Source: Candidatus Moraniibacteriota bacterium
GTDB taxonomy: Bacteria > Patescibacteriota > Minisyncoccia > Moranbacterales > UBA2206
NCBI GenBank assembly: GCA_030679995.1
Contig: JAUXSK010000018.1
Span: forward strand, 41,828 to 105,827
Length of the DNA stretch: 64,000 nt
Direction: 5' to 3'
Both the position numbers and the translations under genes were made by a program. The notes under the pieces are model-generated. The model saw only the letters and a list, made by a program, of their open reading frames with translations. It searched no databases and was not told where the DNA came from. Numbering within the stretch: position 1 is the first letter of the stretch; each line of letters starts with the position of its first letter. Positions 56,432 through 64,000 of the stretch are shown here, piece after piece.

Positions 56432-57409
56432 ATGCGGGATAACAAAAGCAGTTTCATAGCCAAGAACTCCCCGGATGGAGGATTTTTGCAATCGGATTGG
56501 TGGAAAAATTTCCAATCGGCGGTCGGCAGGAAAAATCTGAATATCAAAGGCGAGACATTTTGGAACAATATTTTCGAACACAAACTGCCTATCGTCGGTA
56601 AATATTTTTATATTCCGCGCGGTAACATATTCAAGATCAAAGATAAAAATGTCAAGAACTATTTTGACAATCTGATCGGTTTGGCCAGGGATAATGGCGC
56701 TGGCTGGATACGGATCGAGCCGGCCTCGCAGGAGGTCCTTGAATTGACCCGTAAAAATGTAAGTTTGCCGATCATAAAAACCCCGCACGAGATGCAACCG
56801 AGAGAGCTTTTTATTATTGATTGCGCCAAGAGCGAGGCGGAGTTATTGGCGGCGATGAAGCCGAAAACGCGCTATAATATCAGGTTGGCGGAGAAAAAAA
56901 ACGTCAAAGTCATCGTTTCCAACCGCAAGGAATGCATAGATAGTTTTTGCGATTTGGTGGAAATCACAAGCAAACGGCAAGGGATAACTCCGCATCCGAG
57001 AAATTATTATCAGAAAATGTTCGAAGTTGTCCCGAGTGAAAATATTAAGCTATACTGTGCGGAATTCGAAGGGGAGATAATAGCCGCCAATATAGTCATA
57101 TTTTTCGGAAATACCGTCACTTATCTGCACGGAGCTTCCGACGATCGGTTCCGCAATGTGATGGCGCCCTATCTTTTGCAATGGAGGCAAATCCAGGATG
57201 CGAAAAAGGCCGGCGCGGTCGGCTATGATTTTGGCGGAGTAAAAACGCAAACGGAGGATAATAATTGGGCGGGTATCACCCGGTTTAAATTTGGTTTTTC
57301 ACCGGCGACCAAGGTCAGCGAATTTCCCGGCAATTACGATATCATCCTGAACCCCTTTAAATACCAGGCCTACAGGCTGATCCGGAAAATAAAAAGTTTT
57401 TTGCGGTAA
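56432..57409 (+). CDS. FemAB-family peptidoglycan interpeptide aminoacyltransferase.
   Basis: KSEAELLAAMKPKTRYNIRLAEKKNVKV and GAVGYDFGGV match FemAB motifs. Confidence 0.65.
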   Translation: MRDNKSSFIAKNSPDGGFLQSDWWKNFQSAVGRKNLNIKGETFWNNIFEHKLPIVGKYFYIPRGNIFKIKDKNVKNYFDNLIGLARDNGAGWIRIEPASQEVLELTRKNVSLPIIKTPHEMQPRELFIIDCAKSEAELLAAMKPKTRYNIRLAEKKNVKVIVSNRKECIDSFCDLVEITSKRQGITPHPRNYYQKMFEVVPSENIKLYCAEFEGEIIAANIVIFFGNTVTYLHGASDDRFRNVMAPYLLQWRQIQDAKKAGAVGYDFGGVKTQTEDNNWAGITRFKFGFSPATKVSEFPGNYDIILNPFKYQAYRLIRKIKSFLR

Positions 57410-57532
57410 ACTGAAGACGTATGGATCAACTCTCCTGCAGGGGGGTTGATTTTTTATATCCGGGATGGTATAGTGCAAAACTCCCGTTCTTTCATTAAAT
57501 TTAAAATCAATCGGCAAAAGGAGGTGGTTTAG

Positions 57533-58183
57533 GTGGTTGCAATCGTCAGGAGGGGCTGGGTAGATGTCGATGTCTTCAAGTTTGCCCGTAAGAATGATAA
57601 ACCTTGGACGCTTTTGGCTTTGAGATACGCCAAGTTATATTTCCAGGGGATGTATCGCAAGGACGGCCGGGATGCTTTCGTGCATGCGTACAAAGTCGCC
57701 CAAATCTTGATTTACTTCGGTGTTTGGGATGACGAGGTCATAGCTGCGGGTATTTTGCATGATATCCTGGAAGACGTATCTTATGCGGCTTTGGATGTTT
57801 TGAGTCAAGTTTTTCCGCAAAGAACGGTCTCGCTGGTTGTCATTGTGACAAAATTCGAAGGGGTTATATTAGCTGAGTATTTCCATAATATCAGCCTTAA
57901 TCCTTTCACTGTCCTGATCAAGTTGGCAGACAGGTTACATAACTTGCGCAATATGATCAAAAATCTGGATAAGAAACATTGTTTCAATCTGGAAAAGCTT
58001 CGCGAGCAATCACAGGAGACGAACGATTTCGTTGTCCGCCTGCCGTATGCGGCGATTGTCCGTGAGAAAACCAAGGCATCAGGATGCCCGCCGGAATATT
58101 TTTCCGCTATGGCGGCTATGGCAGGTGAATTGCGTGAAGCGGTCCATCTGGCTAAAGTTATTTTGGCTGGGCTGGTCATCTGA
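57533..58183 (+). CDS. HD-domain protein resembling the RelA/SpoT-type (p)ppGpp hydrolase domain (a small alarmone hydrolase-like protein).
   Basis: HAYKVAQILIYFGVWDDEVIAAGILHDILEDV matches the H...A..L.....D...I.AALLHDvvED HD motif. There is no synthetase domain. Confidence 0.55.
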   Translation: MVAIVRRGWVDVDVFKFARKNDKPWTLLALRYAKLYFQGMYRKDGRDAFVHAYKVAQILIYFGVWDDEVIAAGILHDILEDVSYAALDVLSQVFPQRTVSLVVIVTKFEGVILAEYFHNISLNPFTVLIKLADRLHNLRNMIKNLDKKHCFNLEKLREQSQETNDFVVRLPYAAIVREKTKASGCPPEYFSAMAAMAGELREAVHLAKVILAGLVI

Positions 58184-58238
58184 GGGGGTCTGCTTGCATT
58201 TCGCAACCGGACCCTTTTTCTATGTTATAATTCAAAAT

Positions 58239-59573
58239 ATGAAAAGATTGGTTCCGCAAAAATTGAAAAATATTTATCATCTATTCCAAGCCATCTTGGC
58301 GAATATTCGGTATGGCTTTCCGACTAGGAAGATGAAAACCATCGGCATCACCGGCACGGACGGCAAAACTACGACCTGTCAGATGGTAGCTAAGATTTTG
58401 GAAGAGGCTGGTAAGAAAGTGGCGATGGCTTCCACCATAAATTTCCGCATCAACGGCGAGGAAGAAAAAAACCTTTCCCACTTCACGACTTTGTCGGCTT
58501 TCGCGGTGCAGAAATTCGCGAGGCGGGCGGTGGACGCGGGCTGTGAATATCTGGTTTTGGAAACTTCTTCGCATTCACTCGATCAATACCGGGTGTGGGG
58601 AGTGGATTATAAAACGGCGGTCATTACTAACGTGACGCGCGAGCATTTGGACTATCACCAGACGATGGAAAAATACCGCCAAGCCAAGGCGAGGCTTTTT
58701 AAAAAAGTCCAAGTAGCAATCGTGAATCTGGATATGGAAAAACCGGAGGAATATTTCGACCGTGGCGCGGGTAACATTTTGGGATATGGCTTGAAAATCC
58801 AAAATCCAAAATTACAAATTTCAAATAAATGCAAAATTCAAAATCAAAAATTCAAAACCGTCATTGCTCAAAATATTGAATTAGGAATTGATAAATCAGC
58901 TTTTTCAGTCGGTGATCAAAAGTTTATTTTAAATTTGATCGGGGATTTCAATATTGAAAACGCGCTGGCGGCTATCAGCGTCGGGGTTTCGGAAAATATC
59001 GATCTGGCGACTTGCGCCAGGGCCTTGGAGAAAATCACCGGCGTGCCGGGACGGATGGAATATGTGCCGAATGGCAGGGGATTGAATATTCTGGTGGATT
59101 TCGCTTTGACGCCGATCGCTCTGGAAAAACTATACTCGGTGCTTTTGAAAATAAAAAAACCGGAAGCGCGGATCATTGCGGTTTTTGGATCGTGCGGGGA
59201 ACGCGATCGCGGCAAGCGGCCGATTATGGGCGCAGTCGTTTCCAAATATGCTGATTTCGTGATTGTGACCGATGACGAGCCTTATCATGAAAATCCAGTC
59301 CAGATAATAAATGAAATATTTTATGGCGTTATCGGACAGAGGATGGCAGACGAGATCCCGAATCAAGATCCAAACAAAAAAATAGAAGGTGAAAATTGCT
59401 GGAGAATAACGGGCAGAAGGGAAGCGATCAGAAAGGCTTTGGAAATAGCCAAACCCGAGGATATTATCGCCGTCACCGGCATGGGAGCGGAAGAATCGAT
59501 GATAGTGGGGGATGAAAAAATCCCGTGGAACGACCGGCAGGTGATTTTGGAGGAGTTAAAAAAGATAAAATAA
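58239..59573 (+). CDS. murE: Mur ligase family protein (MurE-like UDP-MurNAc-tripeptide ligase) with an in-frame ~24-aa repeat-derived insertion.
   Basis: GITGTDGKTTT P-loop and the VLETSSHSL...VITNVTREHLDYH central domain. The start is called at MKRLVPQKL rather than the ORF-track start at 58032, which overlaps the upstream gene. The insertion LKIQNPKLQISNKCKIQNQKFKTV lies at nt ~58792-58863. Confidence 0.8.
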   Translation: MKRLVPQKLKNIYHLFQAILANIRYGFPTRKMKTIGITGTDGKTTTCQMVAKILEEAGKKVAMASTINFRINGEEEKNLSHFTTLSAFAVQKFARRAVDAGCEYLVLETSSHSLDQYRVWGVDYKTAVITNVTREHLDYHQTMEKYRQAKARLFKKVQVAIVNLDMEKPEEYFDRGAGNILGYGLKIQNPKLQISNKCKIQNQKFKTVIAQNIELGIDKSAFSVGDQKFILNLIGDFNIENALAAISVGVSENIDLATCARALEKITGVPGRMEYVPNGRGLNILVDFALTPIALEKLYSVLLKIKKPEARIIAVFGSCGERDRGKRPIMGAVVSKYADFVIVTDDEPYHENPVQIINEIFYGVIGQRMADEIPNQDPNKKIEGENCWRITGRREAIRKALEIAKPEDIIAVTGMGAEESMIVGDEKIPWNDRQVILEELKKIK

Positions 59574-59598
59574 AAAATCCCTCACGGGATTTTTTTGA
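59574..59598. terminator. Bidirectional terminator between murE and the PAP2-like gene.
   Basis: AAAAAATCCCTCACGGGATTTTTTT. Confidence 0.75.
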
Positions 59599-59614
59599 TG
59601 GGTCGGTTTAGGAA

Positions 59615-60064
59615 CTAAAGGACGGCGATAAGGAAAACGGTCAGGGCGAAGCCGAGGATACCGCCGGCCAGGGCTTCGGACGGTTTGTGACCCATCCTTT
59701 CTTTGAGGCGCGGATAGTCCGCTTCGGCTGCTCCGATTTTGTGGACGATCATATTGATGTAACGGCTGTGTTCGCCCATATAGACGCGCAGCCGGGTGGC
59801 GTCGTCGATAATCAAAATAGCCAGAGTAATCGCGATGGCGAAAGCCCCGGAAGTGAGGCCTTCGAAATAGCCGACCGAAGTCACCAGGGAGGCCATCAAT
59901 GCGGAGTGGACGCTCGGCATATGGCCATAGGTCATTCCGTGACTCAGGGTGTATTTGAAATCCCGGTTATGCCGGAAGTAGAAAATGACGAATTTCAGGA
60001 TTCTGACCAGGGCCAGGACGATGAGCGGAATAAGGACGACATAATAGGCGGACAAGTTTCCCAT
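59615..60064 (-). CDS. Divergent PAP2 (DUF212) family membrane protein.
   Basis: YGHMPSVHSALMASLVTSVGY and DDATRLRVYMGEHS match the acid-phosphatase/haloperoxidase-related divergent PAP2 family. Confidence 0.7.
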   Translation of the reverse strand: MGNLSAYYVVLIPLIVLALVRILKFVIFYFRHNRDFKYTLSHGMTYGHMPSVHSALMASLVTSVGYFEGLTSGAFAIAITLAILIIDDATRLRVYMGEHSRYINMIVHKIGAAEADYPRLKERMGHKPSEALAGGILGFALTVFLIAVL

Positions 60065-60332
60065 AATATATTTATTAGGATATTAACTGTCTGAATTATA
60101 GCACATCCGCTTGACGGATATGCTATCTGGATATATAGTGGGGATATGTCGAATATGTCACAAAGAAATTTCTGGTTTTATTTTTACGGCTTTAGTCAGA
60201 GGTCGTTTCTTTGTGGATTTTAGGGAATAGTCAAAAATCACAAGAAAACGACCTCTGAAGAAGGCCGTTTTTTATTTCGGTTTTTTGTCAAATCAATGGC
60301 ACAATGTGCTAAAACTAAAGAGAGGAGATATT

Positions 60333-60512
60333 ATGTCCGGTCAAGAAGCTTGCAGTAAAAAAAATGATGCTGGCGTGCAGAGTCACGAGCAGCACGAAGA
60401 AAATGGAAGGAGCAAGGTACAAAGTTATCCGACAGCGGTGTTGGATAGCTGTGGGAAACCAACCGGCAGAATCGTGCAGGTGGTTCCCGGCGTCAATGAT
60501 GCCGATTTTTAA
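60333..60512 (+). CDS. Small hypothetical protein (59 aa).
   Basis: Strong SD AGAGGAGA 6 nt upstream of the ATG at 60333. Confidence 0.3.
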   Translation: MSGQEACSKKNDAGVQSHEQHEENGRSKVQSYPTAVLDSCGKPTGRIVQVVPGVNDADF

Positions 60513-60626
60513 AAAACTGCCCTTTAGGGTCAAAGGTGGCGTTGGGAGAATTTTCTCTTGGCGCCGCTTTTATTTTTCCCCGAAAAATGCTAAAATACTG
60601 ATATTAATTACTTAAGTGAAAACATT

Positions 60627-61178
60627 ATGGGAAGCGGATTGATATTATTAATCGTCTTGGCGGTGGCTGCCTTGTGGGTGGTCGCGGTCTATAACGGCCT
60701 GATCAAACTGAAGAATCGGGTGGACGAAGCCTGGAGCGATATCGACGTGCAATTAAAGAGGCGCTATGACCTGATTCCGAACTTGATCAATACGGTCAAA
60801 GGCTATGCGGCGCACGAGAAAGAAGTATTTGAAAAAGTAACTGCCGCGCGTACCATGGCGATGAATGCTGGATCAACCCAGGAAAAAGCAGAGGCTGAAA
60901 ATATGCTAACGGGAACCTTGAAGAGCTTGTTTGCCGTTTCGGAAGCCTATCCTGATTTGAAAGCTAATCAAAACTTTTTGGAATTGCAACGGGAACTGAC
61001 GGACACTGAAGACAAAATCCAGGCTTCGCGCCGTTTTTACAACGGCAATGCCCGGGATTTCAATATTAAAATCGAAGTTTTCCCGAACAATCTGATTGCT
61101 GGGATGTTGCATTTCACCAAACGGGAATTCTTTGAGGCTGGCGAAGGCGAGAAGGAAAACGTGAAAGTCGAATTCTAG
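60627..61178 (+). CDS. lemA: LemA-family membrane protein.
   Basis: N-terminal TM helix plus WSDIDVQLKRRYDLIPNL...EAYPDLKANQNF...RRFYN. Confidence 0.85.
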   Translation: MGSGLILLIVLAVAALWVVAVYNGLIKLKNRVDEAWSDIDVQLKRRYDLIPNLINTVKGYAAHEKEVFEKVTAARTMAMNAGSTQEKAEAENMLTGTLKSLFAVSEAYPDLKANQNFLELQRELTDTEDKIQASRRFYNGNARDFNIKIEVFPNNLIAGMLHFTKREFFEAGEGEKENVKVEF

Positions 61179-61213
61179 CCCCCTTGATTGATGCTGATTT
61201 TTCCTATTTGTGA

Positions 61214-61242
61214 CAAAAAACCGCCCGCGGGCGGTTTTTTTG
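61214..61242 (+). terminator. Rho-independent terminator after lemA, overlapped by the TGTGCTATAAT extended -10 of htpX.
   Basis: AAAAAACCGCCCGCGGGCGGTTTTTTTGTGCTATAAT. Confidence 0.75.
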
Positions 61243-61286
61243 TGCTATAATCCAAAAAGAACCATAAAAATAAGCTAAAAAGACAA

Positions 61287-62186
61287 ATGGCAACTATCTA
61301 TACGCAAGCGGACAAAAATACGCGCCTGACCTGGCTATATATCACCGGTTTTCTGGTTTTCGTAATCGGGGTGGGTTATGTTTTCGCGGGAGCGATGCGC
61401 AACAGCCTGATTCTCTATATCGCGGTGGCTTTTTCCATCGGGATGAGTTTCGTTTCCTATTGGTGGAGCGACAAGATCGTTTTGGCGATGAGCAACGCCA
61501 AGGAAGTGACGCACGACAATGCCCGCGAGATCTACCATTTGGTTGAAAACTTGTGCATCACCGCCGGCTTGCCGGTGCCGAAAATATACATCATCCAAGA
61601 CAGCGCGCCCAACGCTTTCGCGACCGGACGCGATCCGGAACATGGGGTGATTTGTCTGACGACCGGCATCATCGCAAAATTAGAAAAAGCCGAGTTGGAA
61701 GGCGTCATTGCCCATGAATTGTCGCATATCGGCAATCGGGACATTCTGCTTTCGACAGTCGTGGTCGTGTTGGTGGGTTTTGTCACGTTGTTGGCCGACT
61801 GGTTCCGCAATTGGACGTTTTGGGGTGGCGGCCGCAGTCGCGATAATAATAATGAAGGTGGCGGACAATTACAACTTATCTTGTTCATCCTGGCGATCGT
61901 GCTTTCCATTTTGGCTCCGATCGCTGCTATCCTGATGCAAATGGCGATTTCCCGGAAAAGGGAATTTCTGGCCGATGCTTCCGCGGCCCTGCTGACGCGC
62001 TATCCGGACGGACTGGCACGCGCCTTGGAAAAAATTTCCGCCGACCAAGAACCGCTCGAAGCCGCCAATCGGGCCACGGCACACTTGTATATCACCAATC
62101 CCTTCAAGGGGAAAAAAGTCTCTTCGTTATTTATGACCCATCCTTCAATAGAAGCGAGGGTCAAGGCTTTGCGGAATATGCGATAA
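61287..62186 (+). CDS. htpX: Zinc metalloprotease HtpX (M48 family).
   Basis: Two N-terminal TM helices, HELSHIGNRD (HExxH) and a downstream conserved Glu. Confidence 0.85.
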   Translation: MATIYTQADKNTRLTWLYITGFLVFVIGVGYVFAGAMRNSLILYIAVAFSIGMSFVSYWWSDKIVLAMSNAKEVTHDNAREIYHLVENLCITAGLPVPKIYIIQDSAPNAFATGRDPEHGVICLTTGIIAKLEKAELEGVIAHELSHIGNRDILLSTVVVVLVGFVTLLADWFRNWTFWGGGRSRDNNNEGGGQLQLILFILAIVLSILAPIAAILMQMAISRKREFLADASAALLTRYPDGLARALEKISADQEPLEAANRATAHLYITNPFKGKKVSSLFMTHPSIEARVKALRNMR

Positions 62187-62352
62187 TCAGCGGATAATAA
62201 GCGATAAAAAATATGGAAGGAGAAAGATTCAAAAAGAACTCAAATAATCAAAAGTATTTTTTTTGTGCATGATAACGTGTTGAAAAGTTTTTTAGGGATA
62301 AAAAAAGAAGGACAAGCGCGCTGGCTTGTCCTTTAGCTTGTTGTAATGAATA

Positions 62353-62913
62353 TCACTTGCGATCTACCACATAAAATGGGTAGTAGTATCCAAGTCCTTG
62401 CTCTAAATAAGTTTTCTTCAATAATTCTACTCCCTCCCAATTTTGCAGATACTCATACTCGGGATGGAGGTTGAAGAAATCGCTTATTATCTTTTGAGGT
62501 ATGACCATATGATACACGGGAAACATAATGAAGGCGCCAAGCAGAAACGCGAGTCCAAAGTGCGTTATTATTTCTATATTATTCAATGGATTTATGTTTT
62601 GGGCGTCTATTCCAATAAATATTTGCAAGGTTGCCCATACAAAAGGAAATAAACACACACCAATTCGCATAATAGAATAAATAAGATTCTTCTCGGATGT
62701 TTTTATTCCATTAATTACTGATAGCACATCATGCTTTTTTTGTGTCTGAATATTTTCTTGCTGCTCCTTTTCTTGTTTCTTGGTCTCGGCGTTTTCTTTT
62801 TGGCGCCGTTCCAATTCTTCCTGTTGGATCACTTCGCCGTTGCAAAGAAGCAGATATTCTTTTCCGCAATCGCAGATAAATTGTTTGTGTACGCTTGTAA
62901 ATAATAATTTCAC
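62353..62913 (-). CDS. Hypothetical protein with an N-terminal Cys-pair zinc-ribbon-like motif and C-terminal TM helices.
   Basis: CDCGKEYLLLCNG. A terminator hairpin GGACAAGCCAGCGCGCTTGTCC lies downstream on the minus strand. Confidence 0.35.
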   Translation of the reverse strand: MKLLFTSVHKQFICDCGKEYLLLCNGEVIQQEELERRQKENAETKKQEKEQQENIQTQKKHDVLSVINGIKTSEKNLIYSIMRIGVCLFPFVWATLQIFIGIDAQNINPLNNIEIITHFGLAFLLGAFIMFPVYHMVIPQKIISDFFNLHPEYEYLQNWEGVELLKKTYLEQGLGYYYPFYVVDRK

Positions 62914-63114
62914 GGCAATCCTCCCCGAAGGTTATTTTTATTTTGATGAATGAATTGTTAAAGGATGCTTCATTATACAAATAGTAAAAATTATGGCAAA
63001 TATTTCGGGGATAATGTTGATATTTTCCCTTAGTGTAGCTGTTCATTTCTTACAATCTTTGATTATATGACGAAAAAAGTTGACACTTTTTTAAAATGAC
63101 GATAATATATTTCT

Positions 63115-63864
63115 ATGGATAAATTAAGAGAAAAATTGATTGGCTTGGATTTGTCCGATAGGGAAACCGATGTTTATCTGGCTGTTTTGGTTTTTGGAAA
63201 AGGTACGGTTTCCGATATCGCGCGCAAAGCGAAAATCAAAAGGACGACCGTTTACGAATACATTGAAAGTTTATTGGAAAAAGGATTGATATATAAGACC
63301 GCCGAAAAAAAGCGCATATTCTATTGCGTTGAAAATCCGGAAAAGATAGTCAAAATGTTGGAGAATATAAAGAAGGCGATCGATGAGAAAAAGCAGAGAG
63401 CGGAAAAAATAATTCCTGATTTGCAGTCTTTGTATTCCGCTTCTTTTAATAAGCCTGTGATCAGTTTTTATGAAGGAAAACAGGGAATCAGGAGAATATA
63501 TGAAGAGATGGCTGATACCCACAAGGATGTTTATTCGATTTTTTCTCCGACCAGTTTTTTCAAACTGTTTTCTTTCCGGGAAAACCACGAGTTGTTGATG
63601 AAATTATATGAAAATGGCGGGATGATGTATAATCTGGTTGAAAAATCGGACAAAGCTGTTGAGCGGTTGAAACGCAAGGAATATGACGGTTTCGTGAAAA
63701 ACAAGTTATTGCCGGAAGGATTCAAATTTGAAACCGATTTGTTGATCGTCGGCGATACGGTGGCTATGGTTTCCTTCAAAAATTTGGTAGGCGTAATCAT
63801 CAAAGATAAGGCAATCGCGGATTTGCAAAAAAACATTTTTAATTTGCTTTGGAAAAATAAATAA
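63115..63864 (+). CDS. TrmB-family HTH transcriptional regulator, a paralogue of the gene at 32616-33359.
   Basis: DRETDVYLAVLVFGKGTVSDIARKAKIKRTTVYEYIESLLEKGLI winged helix. Confidence 0.6.
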   Translation: MDKLREKLIGLDLSDRETDVYLAVLVFGKGTVSDIARKAKIKRTTVYEYIESLLEKGLIYKTAEKKRIFYCVENPEKIVKMLENIKKAIDEKKQRAEKIIPDLQSLYSASFNKPVISFYEGKQGIRRIYEEMADTHKDVYSIFSPTSFFKLFSFRENHELLMKLYENGGMMYNLVEKSDKAVERLKRKEYDGFVKNKLLPEGFKFETDLLIVGDTVAMVSFKNLVGVIIKDKAIADLQKNIFNLLWKNK

Positions 63865-63879
63865 TATCCTATGCAATTC

Positions 63880-64000
63880 AAGCTTCCCAAAAACAACGAC
63901 CGTTACCAATGGACGCTCCATTCCATCGAGAAGATGAAATTCTATGGTTTGAGCGAACAAAAAATCCTGGGTGTCATCAAGCGGCCCCAGCGCAAAGAGG
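63880..64000 (+). CDS. 5' fragment of an ORF that continues beyond the window.
   Basis: ORF MQFKLPKNNDRYQWTLHSIEKMKFYGLSEQKILGVIKRPQRKE runs to the window end. Confidence 0.2.

Noticed and set aside
58032-58238. Extended 5' start of the MurE-like ORF (as in the ORF track).
   Set aside because: It would overlap the HD-domain gene by 150 nt and adds a Trp/Arg-rich non-homologous leader. The internal ATG at 58239 (MKRLVPQKL) precedes the conserved Mur ligase N-domain at the expected distance.
1-64000. tRNA, rRNA or CRISPR genes.
   Set aside because: Scanned intergenic regions for T-psi-C-like GTTCGAATC/GTTCAAATC motifs and cloverleaf-sized GC-rich segments, and for rRNA-like or regularly spaced repeats. 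None was found. I cannot fully exclude a divergent tRNA without a covariance-model search.

Overview
A 64 kb window from a small-genome, Gram-positive-type bacterium (inference: Patescibacteria/CPR-like). It spans the replication-origin neighbourhood: rpmH-rnpA-yidC-jag on the minus strand, dnaA-dnaN-DciA on the plus strand, with DnaA-box clusters flanking dnaA. Housekeeping genes make up most of the rest: PBP1a, RuvABC, YebC, PolA, Fpg, HolA, S20, TsaE, MurE-like, FemAB, HtpX, LemA, a cyclophilin and a CDF transporter. Four accessory modules stand out.

(1) A minimal Gram-positive-type T4SS-like locus at 1.6-11 kb: PrgI/VirB3-like, VirB4-like ATPase, membrane proteins, an 890-aa surface protein, a VirB1-like lytic transglycosylase and a TolB-like propeller. 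It is riddled with an AT-rich palindromic MITE-like repeat family. One copy carries a four-helix-bundle ('23S rRNA IVS') gene, and another appears to split virB4 into two ORFs. Truncated copies seem to be inserted in-frame in murE, tsaE and possibly fpg.

(2) A tight six-gene minus-strand cassette at 24.2-31.2 kb. It encodes four paralogous ATP-grasp amidoligases (one fused to a retropepsin-like DTGA domain), a 7TM protein and a large HExxH metallopeptidase, and is a candidate peptide/protein amino-acid tailing-trimming system.

(3) A 1011-aa covalently fused tandem PilB/GspE ATPase with both ATPase modules intact, immediately followed by a GGDEF diguanylate cyclase and preceded by an NrnA-like DHH phosphoesterase.

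(4) An orphan promoter-terminator-bounded ~230-nt candidate sRNA.

There is also a surface-glycan cluster of two Wzy/O-antigen-ligase-like genes, a GT2 and a flippase. No tRNA, rRNA or CRISPR was recognised.
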